Assembly: GCA_043818415.1 (NCBI GenBank)
Contig: JBDRFW010000133.1
Span: 1-32,062 of the forward strand
DNA from: Chloroflexota bacterium
GTDB lineage: Bacteria; Chloroflexota; Dehalococcoidia; Dehalococcoidales; RBG-16-60-22
DNA: 32,062 bases
Reading direction: 5' to 3'
The position numbers were made by a program, and so were the translations under genes. Under the pieces are notes generated by a model that worked only from the letters and a program-made list of their open reading frames with translations, was not told the DNA's origin and did no database searches. Below, piece by piece: positions 15,720 through 23,970 of this stretch (positions are counted from its first letter, which is position 1; every line of letters starts with the position of its first letter).

Positions 15720-16708
15720 CAATCCAGTTCCTGTTTACCTTCAAAGACTACCTTATCGACGTCCTGCCCTACCTGGTGCTGGGGTTCCTGCTCTCCGGCG
15801 TCATCAACGAGTTCGTCCCCTCCGGCTGGGTGGAGAGGCACCTCGGAGGGAAGGGGATAAAGCCGCTCATCTACTCCACGCTGGTGGGGACGCTCCTCCC
15901 TATCTGCTGCATCGGCTCCCTGCCGGTGGCCATCAGCCTCCGCCAGAAGGGCGCCCGCCTGGGGCCGGTATTGGCCTTCATGGTGGCTACCCCGGCCACC
16001 TCGCTCCCGGCGCTCCTGGTGAGCTATGGCCTGCTCGGTCTGAAGTTTACCGTCTATATCTTCTTCGCCGTCATTATCATGGCACTCATCACGGGCTTCA
16101 TCGGCAACCTGTTCCGCGCCAATCCCGGGGCCCCGGAAGCCCTTGACGAGCACGCCGGCTGCCCGACCTGCGGGATGCAGGTAGAGACGGATAAGGCGAT
16201 GAAGACGGAGCGCGATGGAAAAACCTATTATTTCTGCTGCGCCCACTGCCAGGATACTTTCGAAAGCGGCGAGCAGTCCGCCTCCCTGCGCCAGAAAATC
16301 GCCCACCGCCTCAGGCACGTCCTGAAATACGCCTTCGTGGACATGGTCCGGGACATCGGCCTGGAGATGCTGCTGGGCCTGGTGCTGGCGGCGCTGGTCG
16401 CCTCCGTTACCCCCATCGGCAACTTCGTCGGGGAATACTTCGGCGGCGGCCTGGCCTATCCTTTCAGCCTCGTCTTCGGCCTGATGATGTACATCTGCTC
16501 CACCGCCAGCGTCCCCCTTGTCCACGCCTTCCTCTCCCAGGGGATGAACGTCGGCGCCGGGATGGTCCTCCTCATGGTGGGGCCGGTGACCAGCTGGAGC
16601 ACGATACTGGTCCTGAGAAAGCAGTTCGGCGGCCGGGTCTTGCTGGTCTACCTGGCGGTCATCAGCATCGTATCTTTGACTCTCGGCTATCTGTACTCCA
16701 TAATATAA
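15716..16708 (+). CDS. DUF318/ArsP-type permease with an embedded YHS/TRASH metal-binding domain
   Basis: 330 aa. 'LVGTLLPICCIGSLPVA' and a mirrored C-terminal half are typical of two-repeat COG0701 permeases. The central loop 'CPTCGMQVETDKAMKTERDGKTYYFCCAHCQDTF' is a YHS/TRASH motif. Confidence 0.8.
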   Translation: MTIQFLFTFKDYLIDVLPYLVLGFLLSGVINEFVPSGWVERHLGGKGIKPLIYSTLVGTLLPICCIGSLPVAISLRQKGARLGPVLAFMVATPATSLPALLVSYGLLGLKFTVYIFFAVIIMALITGFIGNLFRANPGAPEALDEHAGCPTCGMQVETDKAMKTERDGKTYYFCCAHCQDTFESGEQSASLRQKIAHRLRHVLKYAFVDMVRDIGLEMLLGLVLAALVASVTPIGNFVGEYFGGGLAYPFSLVFGLMMYICSTASVPLVHAFLSQGMNVGAGMVLLMVGPVTSWSTILVLRKQFGGRVLLVYLAVISIVSLTLGYLYSII

Positions 16709-17797
16709 GTGGGAGACAATAAGTTGAGAGTAGTCGTCGCCATGAGCGGCGGGGTGGATTCGTCCGTCGCCGCCGCCCTGCTCAAAGAAGAAGGACACGA
16801 GGTCATCGGCGTGACCATGCAGCTCTGGCCGCGGGACACGGAGAACGGCCGCGGCTCAAAGGGCTGCTGCGGCCTGGAAGCCATCGACGACGCCCGCCGC
16901 GTTGCTTACAAGCTGGGCATCCCGCACTACGTCATGGACTTCCGGGAGGTCTTCGCCCGCCGCGTCATCGACGAGTTCGGCCGGGAGTACCGTACGGGCC
17001 GGACGCCCAATCCCTGCGTCCTGTGCAACCGCCGCATCAAGTTCGATGTCCTGCGGGAAAGGGCACGGGAGCTGGGGGCCGACTTCATCGCCACGGGGCA
17101 CCATGCCCGGGTGGAGTCTGACGGCGGCACCTGCCTCCTCAAGAAGGGCGCCGATGCCCGCAAGGACCAGTCCTATTTCCTCGGGCAACTCAGCCGGGAG
17201 CAGCTGCGCCATGCCATGTTCCCGGTCGGCCGCCTGACCAAGGCTAGGGTGAGGGAAATCGCCGCCGGTCTGGGGCTTGCCGTGGCGGAAAAGCCGGAGA
17301 GCCAGGAAATCTGCTTCGTCCCCGATGACGATTACGCCGTCTTCCTCCGGGACTACCTGACGCAGGACGCGCAGCCGGGTCCGATAGTGGACGGGCGGGG
17401 CAACCGCCTCGGGGAACACAAGGGCATCGCTTCCTATACCATCGGCCAGCGCCGCGGGCTGGGCATCGCCGCCGGGGAGCCGCGCTACGTCACCGCCATC
17501 CGGCCGGAGACCAGCACCGTCGTCGTCGGGACTAAAGAAGAGACCTACGGCACCGGGCTGGTCGCCGGCGACCTCGCCTGGCTGGCCATCGACCCGCCGG
17601 AGCAGCCGATAGAGGTCAAAGCCAGGGTGAGGTACCGCCACCCGGAGGCGGAAGCCACGGTCAGCCCGCTGGGAAATGATGAAGTTTATGTAAAATTCGC
17701 CGAGCCGCAGATGGCCATCACCCCCGGCCAGGCGGTCGTTTTCTACGATGGGGATACCGTCATCGGCGGCGGCACGATAAGCCGACAAGGAAGGTAA
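16709..17797 (+). CDS. mnmA: tRNA-specific 2-thiouridylase MnmA
   Basis: 'VVVAMSGGVDSSVAAALL' is the PP-loop. 'NPCVLCNRRIKF' and 'ATGHHAR' are present. The real start may be TTG 16724, which has GGGAG 8 nt upstream. Confidence 0.95.
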   Translation: MGDNKLRVVVAMSGGVDSSVAAALLKEEGHEVIGVTMQLWPRDTENGRGSKGCCGLEAIDDARRVAYKLGIPHYVMDFREVFARRVIDEFGREYRTGRTPNPCVLCNRRIKFDVLRERARELGADFIATGHHARVESDGGTCLLKKGADARKDQSYFLGQLSREQLRHAMFPVGRLTKARVREIAAGLGLAVAEKPESQEICFVPDDDYAVFLRDYLTQDAQPGPIVDGRGNRLGEHKGIASYTIGQRRGLGIAAGEPRYVTAIRPETSTVVVGTKEETYGTGLVAGDLAWLAIDPPEQPIEVKARVRYRHPEAEATVSPLGNDEVYVKFAEPQMAITPGQAVVFYDGDTVIGGGTISRQGR

Positions 17798-17800
17798 AAA

Positions 17801-18250
17801 ATGGCTACGGTAATCGCGGTTTGTCAGAGTGAAAAGAAGGGCACCAAGAAGACGCCCATGCCGGAAGTTATCCTCCAGGAAGAGTTCGGCGTGGTCGGCG
17901 ATGCCCATGCCGACTGCCAGACGCACCGGCAGGTAAGCCTGCTGGCCATCGAGAGCATTGAAAAGATGCGCCGGATGGGCTTCGTCCTGCAGCCGGGCGA
18001 CTTCGCCGAGAATATCACCACCACCGGCATCGAGCTTACCTCACTGCCCATCGGCACCATCTTCAACATCGGCGACGAGGTGGTCCTGGAAATGACCCAG
18101 ATAGGCAAGGAGTGCCACGCCGCCTGCGCCGTGAGGAAACAGGTGGGCGACTGCATCATGCCGCGGGAAGGAATCTTCGCCCGGGTGATTCGCGGCGGGC
18201 AGCTCCGGGCCGGGGACGCCATCGTGGCCGAGACCGGTAGCCAGGAATGA
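17801..18250 (+). CDS. MOSC domain protein
   Basis: 149 aa. 'GVVGDAHAD...HRQVSLLAIESIEKM...PGDFAENITTTGIEL..LPIGT...GKECH..C' is the MOSC beta-barrel pattern with its conserved Cys. Confidence 0.85.
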   Translation: MATVIAVCQSEKKGTKKTPMPEVILQEEFGVVGDAHADCQTHRQVSLLAIESIEKMRRMGFVLQPGDFAENITTTGIELTSLPIGTIFNIGDEVVLEMTQIGKECHAACAVRKQVGDCIMPREGIFARVIRGGQLRAGDAIVAETGSQE

Positions 18251-19200
18251 AAAACAGCGCCCAAACCCTCTATAATGGAGAAGTCATGGCCGTGAGGGAC
18301 ACCGCCCTGGAAGAAAAAATCCTCGAGCTGAAAAAGGAACGGAACGCCGTCATCCTCTCCCATAACTACCAGCGCGGCGAGGTGCAGGACATCGCCGACT
18401 TCGTGGGGGACTCCCTGGAGCTGAGCCAGAAGGCCGCCGCCACCACGGCGGACGTCATCGTTTTCTGCGGGGTCCACTTCATGGCGGAAACGGCCTCGAT
18501 ACTCAGTCCGGACCGCACCGTGCTCCTGCCGGACGCCCACGCCGGCTGCCCCATGGCCAACATGATTACCGCCAGACAGCTTCGCCAAAAAAAGTCGGAG
18601 CTGCCCAACGCCACCGTGGTCACCTACATCAACTCCAGCGCCGAGGTCAAGGCGGAGTCCGACTATTGCTGCACGTCCGCCAACGGGGTCAAAATCGTGC
18701 AGAGCATCGATAATGACGAGATACTCTTCGTGCCGGACCAGTACCTGGGCGACTTTATCGCGCGGCGCACCGGCAAGAAGATGACCCTCTGGCCGGGCTA
18801 CTGCCCCACCCACGTCAAGATACTCCCGGAGGACATCATCCAGCGCCGGCAGGAGTACCCCAAGGCCAGGGTGGTGGTGCACCCCGAGTGCCGCCCGGAC
18901 GTCATCGCCCTGGCCGACGAGGCCCTGAGCACCAGCGGCATCATCCGCTACGCCGCCCGGGAGGACGTCAGCGAGCTCATCGTGGGGACGGAGGTGGAGA
19001 TTATCCACCGCCTCAAGAAGGAAAACCCCGGCAAGACCTTTATCCCGGCCTCCAAAAAGGCCGTCTGCCCCAACATGAAGAAGATTACCCTGGACAAGGT
19101 CCTGAGGTCGCTGGAGACGCTGACGCCCGTAGTCAAGGTGCCGGAGGATATCCGCGTCCGGGCCAGGGCGGCCGTCGACCGCATGCTGGCCACCGTTTGA
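18247..19200 (+). CDS. nadA: Quinolinate synthase NadA
   Basis: 'AVILSHNYQRGEVQDIADFVGDSLELSQ', 'FCGVHFMAETA', 'CPMA', 'YINSSAEVKA' and 'HPEC' are present. ATG 18286 (GGAG 5 nt upstream) is an alternative to the ATGA-coupled start at 18247. Confidence 0.93.
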   Translation: MKNSAQTLYNGEVMAVRDTALEEKILELKKERNAVILSHNYQRGEVQDIADFVGDSLELSQKAAATTADVIVFCGVHFMAETASILSPDRTVLLPDAHAGCPMANMITARQLRQKKSELPNATVVTYINSSAEVKAESDYCCTSANGVKIVQSIDNDEILFVPDQYLGDFIARRTGKKMTLWPGYCPTHVKILPEDIIQRRQEYPKARVVVHPECRPDVIALADEALSTSGIIRYAAREDVSELIVGTEVEIIHRLKKENPGKTFIPASKKAVCPNMKKITLDKVLRSLETLTPVVKVPEDIRVRARAAVDRMLATV

Positions 19201-19204
19201 AATC

Positions 19205-19528
19205 ATGGAACAGCACAGCTACATCGTCGTCCTGGTGACCGCTAAAGACGCCGACGAGGCGGAGCGGATAGCGCAACTGCTGCTCAAGCGGCGGCAGGCC
19301 GCCTGCGTCAACATCGTACCGGAGGTAAGCTCCCGGTTCTGGTGGAAAGACAAGCTCGATACCGCCCGTGAGAGCCTCCTCGTCATCAAGACCCGGGACA
19401 CCCTGCTGCCGGCTGTGGTAAAGTCGGTGAAGAGCGTCCACAGCTACAGCGTGCCGGAGATAATCGCCCTGCCTATCGTCGGCGGGAACCAGGACTATCT
19501 GGACTGGATAGACCACGAGATTGCCTGA
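19205..19528 (+). CDS. cutA: Divalent-cation tolerance protein CutA
   Basis: 107 aa. 'VVLVTAKDADEAERIAQLLLKRRQAACVNIVPEVSSRFWWKDKLDTARESLLVIKT' is the CutA1 signature. Confidence 0.88.
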   Translation: MEQHSYIVVLVTAKDADEAERIAQLLLKRRQAACVNIVPEVSSRFWWKDKLDTARESLLVIKTRDTLLPAVVKSVKSVHSYSVPEIIALPIVGGNQDYLDWIDHEIA

Positions 19529-19551
19529 AAGATGCAGGAAGGTAACCGGAC

Positions 19552-19824
19552 ATGAGTATAGAAGTTGAGATTTCTCCCGTCTTCGCCCGGTACGCCAACA
19601 ACCAGGCGAGCGTGGCGGTAAAGGGAAAGACCGTCAGCGAGTGCCTTCAGGACCTCGTGCGGCAGTACCCCGACCTTAAAAAGATTATCCTGACCCAGGA
19701 AGGCAAGTTACAGCACTCCTTTGATATCTTTATCAACGGGGAGAGCGCCTACCCCGGGGAGATGGAGAAGCCGGTCAAGGACGGCGACAAAATTCAGGTC
19801 GTGCTGCTGATTCACGGCGGCTGA
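19552..19824 (+). CDS. ThiS/MoaD-family ubiquitin-like sulfur-carrier protein
   Basis: 90 aa with the beta-grasp pattern and the diagnostic C-terminal Gly-Gly ('...VVLLIHGG*'). Confidence 0.75.
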   Translation: MSIEVEISPVFARYANNQASVAVKGKTVSECLQDLVRQYPDLKKIILTQEGKLQHSFDIFINGESAYPGEMEKPVKDGDKIQVVLLIHGG

Positions 19825-19846
19825 CGCCGTGCGTCATGACGGTTTT

Positions 19847-20014
19847 TAAGGGTGCCTTTCGATTAATATCCGGTCCCAGTCGATTTCCGCCTTGCAGACG
19901 GGGCAGGCGTGCTTGATGGGCACTTCGGAATGGCACTCGACGCAGTGGTACTTCTCCCCCTGCTGGTAAACACCAAATCCCTTGCCCTTGTCCTTTTTCT
20001 TATCTTTAGCCATC
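19847..20014 (-). CDS. 55-aa zinc-ribbon protein, absent from the ORF track (<60 aa)
   Basis: My own translation is MAKDKKKDKGKGFGVYQQGEKYHCVECHSEVPIKHACPVCKAEIDWDRILIERHP*. It has CxxC-x9-CxxC. AGGAGG sits 7 nt upstream of ATG 20014. Lys-rich N-terminus. Confidence 0.55.
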
Positions 20015-20087
20015 GGCTGCCTCCTGAATCATCAGGCCATATATTTTTATTGTAGCAAAGTCATCCGTAAAAGATAAGGGAAGTTAA

Positions 20088-21263
20088 TCATCCCCCCTCC
20101 TTCTCCCTCCCCCTCAGCCACTTCCGCTTCTGCTCTACCCGCGTCACTTCGTCGGTGGTCTGGTAAGTATTCAGGAAGTCCTTGTGGAAAGTATCAAACG
20201 TGCCGTTAATGATGGCTTTCCGGATATTTCTCATCAGGTTATAGATAAAGCGCAGGTTGTGGACGGTGGCCAGGCGCAGGCCCAGCAGCTCCCCGCTGCG
20301 GAAGAGGTGGCTCAGGTAGGCGGCGGAGAAGGTGCGGCAGGTATCGCAATCGTAGGCGGGGTCGAGGGGGGTGTCCATCCTGGCGAAAGCCGCCTTGCGG
20401 ATATTCACCCTTCCCCGCCCGGTAAAGAGGGCGCCGTTGCGGGCGACGCGCGTCGGCAGGGCGCAGTCGAAGATATCGATGCCCCGCGCCACCCCCTCGA
20501 CGATGTCCTCCGGCGAGCCGACCCCCATCAGGTAGCGGGGCTTATCCGCGGGGAGGCGGGGTACTGTCTCCTCCAGCGTGGCCCAGGTTATTTCCTTGGG
20601 CTCCCCGACGCTCAGCCCCCCGACGGCGTAGCCCGGGAAGTCCAGCAATGCCAGGTAGTCCGCCGACTCCCTCCGGAGGTCGGGGAAGGTGCCCCCCTGC
20701 ACGATGGCGTAGAGGGCCAGGTCGGGGCGCTGCTGCGCCTTCAAGCACCTCTCCGCCCAGCGGTGCGTCCGGTCCATCGCTTGCCGTACTTTCTCGGTAG
20801 GGTCGCCATAAGCGGTGCACTCGTCGAGCGCCATGATAACGTCGGCCCCCAGCGCCTCCTGATAGGCCATCGCCAGCTCGGGGGTGAGGAAGTGCTCGCT
20901 GCCGTCGATGTGGGAGCGGAACCTGACGCCGTCGTCATCGATGCGGCAGAAGGGCGCCAGGCTGAAGACCTGGTAACCGCCGCTATCGGTGAGCAGGGCT
21001 CTGTCCCAGGCCATGAAGCGGTGCAGGCCGCCCAGCCCCTTGATAACATCGATGCCCGGCCTCAAGTAGAGGTGGTAGGTGTTGGCCAGCACCATGTCAA
21101 AGCCGATGTCTTTGATGTCCCGGGGCGTCAGCGTCTTGACGGTGGCCTGGCTGCCCACCGGCAGGAACACCGGCGTGGCCACCGTACCGTGGGAGGTCGA
21201 TAGCTCCCCGGCACGGGCGGAACCGGTGGTTTTTAAAAGGCGGAAATGTTTTTTCAGAGGCAT
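20088..21263 (-). CDS. tgt: tRNA-guanine transglycosylase (queuine tRNA-ribosyltransferase)
   Basis: 391 aa. 'TPVFLPVGSQATVK', 'LANTYHL', 'TDSGGYQV', 'YAIVQGG', 'GYAVGGLSVGE' and zinc site 'CDCDTC...H' are present. The start overlaps the upstream stop (TAATG). Confidence 0.95.
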   Translation of the reverse strand: MPLKKHFRLLKTTGSARAGELSTSHGTVATPVFLPVGSQATVKTLTPRDIKDIGFDMVLANTYHLYLRPGIDVIKGLGGLHRFMAWDRALLTDSGGYQVFSLAPFCRIDDDGVRFRSHIDGSEHFLTPELAMAYQEALGADVIMALDECTAYGDPTEKVRQAMDRTHRWAERCLKAQQRPDLALYAIVQGGTFPDLRRESADYLALLDFPGYAVGGLSVGEPKEITWATLEETVPRLPADKPRYLMGVGSPEDIVEGVARGIDIFDCALPTRVARNGALFTGRGRVNIRKAAFARMDTPLDPAYDCDTCRTFSAAYLSHLFRSGELLGLRLATVHNLRFIYNLMRNIRKAIINGTFDTFHKDFLNTYQTTDEVTRVEQKRKWLRGREKEGG

Positions 21264-22387
21264 TATTCCAGCAAACGCCCGGCGATGATGCTGCGGTGGA
21301 CCTCGGAGATGCCGACGTATATCTCGGTCATCTTGGCGTCACGGTAGAGCCGCTCCACCGGCAGCGACTTCATCGTGCCGAAGGAGCCGTGTATCTGCAT
21401 CGCCAGCCGGGTAACATCCACCGCCACCTGCGAGGCGAAGAGCTTGGCCATCGACGACTCGTACTGGATGCTTTTACCCTGGTCTCGGAGGAAGGCGGTG
21501 CGGTAGACCAGCCAGCGGGCGGCCTCGATTTTCGACGCCATCTCGGCCAGCGGCTGCTGTATGGCCTGCATCCGGGCAATCGGCCGGCCCATGGCTTTCC
21601 GCTGCCGGGCGTAGTCCAGCGATAGCTCCAGCGCCGCCTGGGCCACGGCCACCCCCTGCACGGCCACGCTCATCCGCTCCACGCTGATGGCCTCCAGCAG
21701 GACTTCAAAGCCATGCCCCTCCTCCCCCAGCAGGTTCTCCCCCGGCACGTAAACGTCGTCGAGGTTGACGATGGACGTCCCCAGCCCCCGCAGTCCCATC
21801 GTCTCCAGCGTCTCCTGGACGGTAAAGCCGGGCGACTTCGACTCCACGATAAAGGCGTTGAGCCCCTCCACTTCCCGTCGGGTAAAGAGAATCACCGCGT
21901 CGAGCACCGGCGCCAGCGACATGAACTGCTTCTGCCCGTTGATGACAAAGCCCTTCCCCTTACGGCGGGCGATGGTGGTAATCGCCCGGGGGTCGGAGCC
22001 GGTGTCCGCCTCGGTAAATCCTATGCCCCCCAGCCAGTCGCCTTTGGCCAGCGGCGTCAACAGTCGCTGCTTCTGTTCCTCGTTGCCGAAGCGGTAAATC
22101 CCCTCTTCCGGTACGGTGTTCACCGCCATGATGGCGCCCACCGTCATCGAGGCCTGGCAGAGTTGCTCCAGCACCAGCGCGTAGCTGACGTAGCCGGCGC
22201 CGCTGCCGCCATACTTGGGCGGGTACGGCAGGCCCTGGAAACCCCGACTCCCTATCTCCTTGGCAAGGTCGGCGGGGAACTGCCCGGTGCGGTCGATTTC
22301 CGCGGCCCGCGGCGCCACTCCCTTCGTCGCAAAGTCACGGGCCAGGCCCTGCAGCATCTTCTCCGCTTCACTCAGGTTAAAGTCCAT
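21263..22387 (-). CDS. Acyl-CoA dehydrogenase-fold flavoprotein with non-canonical active-site positions
   Basis: 374 aa. 'GFTEADTGSD' and 'RLYRDAKMTEIYVGISEVHR' are present. See findings for the missing catalytic Glu. Confidence 0.88.
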   Translation of the reverse strand: MDFNLSEAEKMLQGLARDFATKGVAPRAAEIDRTGQFPADLAKEIGSRGFQGLPYPPKYGGSGAGYVSYALVLEQLCQASMTVGAIMAVNTVPEEGIYRFGNEEQKQRLLTPLAKGDWLGGIGFTEADTGSDPRAITTIARRKGKGFVINGQKQFMSLAPVLDAVILFTRREVEGLNAFIVESKSPGFTVQETLETMGLRGLGTSIVNLDDVYVPGENLLGEEGHGFEVLLEAISVERMSVAVQGVAVAQAALELSLDYARQRKAMGRPIARMQAIQQPLAEMASKIEAARWLVYRTAFLRDQGKSIQYESSMAKLFASQVAVDVTRLAMQIHGSFGTMKSLPVERLYRDAKMTEIYVGISEVHRSIIAGRLLE

Positions 22388-22403
22388 TTACCTTCTCCTC
22401 GCT

Positions 22404-23252
22404 TTACCCCAGCAGCCAGATGTCCAGGCACATCACCAGGAAGAGCACCCCCAGGTAGGGAAACGACGACAGCCGGTAGAGCCGCCAGACGTCCTTGACG
22501 GCGTGCGAAACGACCAGTCGGGCGCCGGCCAGCACCATGACGACGCCCAGGATATTGGCCAGCGCCAGGTACAGCCAGGCAAACCCGCCGACGAAGTACA
22601 GGGCAATGGACGCCGCGTAGAGCACCAGGGAAAACACCAGCAGTACCTTCACCGAGTCCCTGACCTCCAGGTTGAGGGGGAAGTAGCTCAACCCCGCCCG
22701 CCGGTAGTCCTCGCGGTGGACGATGTTTATGCTCCAGACGTGCAGCGGCAGCCAGGCGGCAATCAGGATGCAGAGCAGCAGGAGCTCCAGGCCCACCGAC
22801 GGCCGCACCGCCAGCCAGCCCATGAGGACCGGGGCGCAGCTGGCGAGCACGCCCTGGGGATAGACGCAGGTGACCTTCTTACGCCAGGTGGCGGCCACCA
22901 GCGTGCCGAAGGCGTCGGCGATGAAGACATAGGGGTGCAGGTACCAGGACAGGCCCAGGCCGGCGGCAATCAGGACGCCAATCATGGGCAGGACCTTGCC
23001 CGGCGGGTATATCCGCTTCGAAGGGAGGACCCGGTAGCAGGTGCGCACCATGCGGGCATCGATATCCCGGTCGAGGTAGTTGGTCAACCCGTTGGCCCCC
23101 GCCGCGGCGATGAGGACCGTCACCATCACCAGGAGGAGCCGGGGCGACAGCAGCCCCTGACCGGCGATAATCGCCGCGCACACCCCGATGAAGGTCAACA
23201 GGAGGCTGGGGAGTGGCTTAAGTACCTCGATATAATCCGCTACCCTGCTGAT
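22404..23252 (-). CDS. ctaB: UbiA-family prenyltransferase, protoheme IX farnesyltransferase (CtaB/CyoE)-like
   Basis: 'NYLDRDIDARMVRTCYRVLPS' is the Asp-rich motif plus RT..RP. 'HREDYRRAGLSYFPL' is present. The track starts at TTG 23198. 22 in-frame sense codons upstream include 'VADYIEVLKP', which resembles the CtaB N-terminus, but there is only an ATC (23252) and no ATG/GTG/TTG. Confidence 0.72.
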   Translation of the reverse strand: MSRVADYIEVLKPLPSLLLTFIGVCAAIIAGQGLLSPRLLLVMVTVLIAAAGANGLTNYLDRDIDARMVRTCYRVLPSKRIYPPGKVLPMIGVLIAAGLGLSWYLHPYVFIADAFGTLVAATWRKKVTCVYPQGVLASCAPVLMGWLAVRPSVGLELLLLCILIAAWLPLHVWSINIVHREDYRRAGLSYFPLNLEVRDSVKVLLVFSLVLYAASIALYFVGGFAWLYLALANILGVVMVLAGARLVVSHAVKDVWRLYRLSSFPYLGVLFLVMCLDIWLLG

Positions 23253-23352
23253 GGCCGGACCCCCTTAAACACAATTAAATTATACACAATATGCCCCACC
23301 GGGGCTAGAAACCGATTTGTATTCGGCGGCCTCCCGGTATTAAGATAGGGTC

Positions 23353-23925
23353 GTGAAAGCCGAACTCAAGGAACTGCTGGCCCGGCGCCGGAAGCGCCGC
23401 ATCGATGACGCCGGCCGCGTGCCGTCCGCCGTGTTATTACCCGTTTTTTCCTCCGGGGGACAGTTCCACCTGGTCTTCATCAAGCGCTCCGATACCGTCA
23501 AGACGCACCGGGGCCAGATTTCCTTCCCCGGGGGCGCCCGGGAAATCGCCGATAAGACCCTGCTGGACACCGCTTTCCGGGAAAGCCAGGAAGAAATCGG
23601 CCTGCGCACCAAGGACGTGGAGATTCTGGGCGAAATGGACGACGAGGTAACCACCACCTCGAACTACGTGGTCACCCCGTTCGTCGGAATGATGCCCTGG
23701 CCCTATGATTTCGTCAGGAACGAGCGGGAGGTGGACGAGATACTGGAGTTCCCGATACCGGCCCTCCTCGACGAGCGCTGCCACCAGCCGGACACCGAAG
23801 TCCTCAACGGCCGGCTGGTGGACTCCTGGTCCTATCACTGCCAGGGCAGGCTTATCTGGGGCGCCACCGCCCGGATACTGAACAAGTTCCTGGAGATATA
23901 TGCCCGCGCCGCTGAAAAGGGGTAA
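23353..23925 (+). CDS. Nudix hydrolase, CoA pyrophosphatase type
   Basis: 190 aa. 'LVFIKRSDTVKTHRGQISFPGG' is the NuCoA motif, followed by the Nudix box 'GGAREIADKTLLDTAFRESQEEIGL'. Confidence 0.85.
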   Translation: MKAELKELLARRRKRRIDDAGRVPSAVLLPVFSSGGQFHLVFIKRSDTVKTHRGQISFPGGAREIADKTLLDTAFRESQEEIGLRTKDVEILGEMDDEVTTTSNYVVTPFVGMMPWPYDFVRNEREVDEILEFPIPALLDERCHQPDTEVLNGRLVDSWSYHCQGRLIWGATARILNKFLEIYARAAEKG

Positions 23926-23970
23926 AAGGCGGGCCGGATATCATTACAGAAGCCGGGTTGGGGCGGGGGG

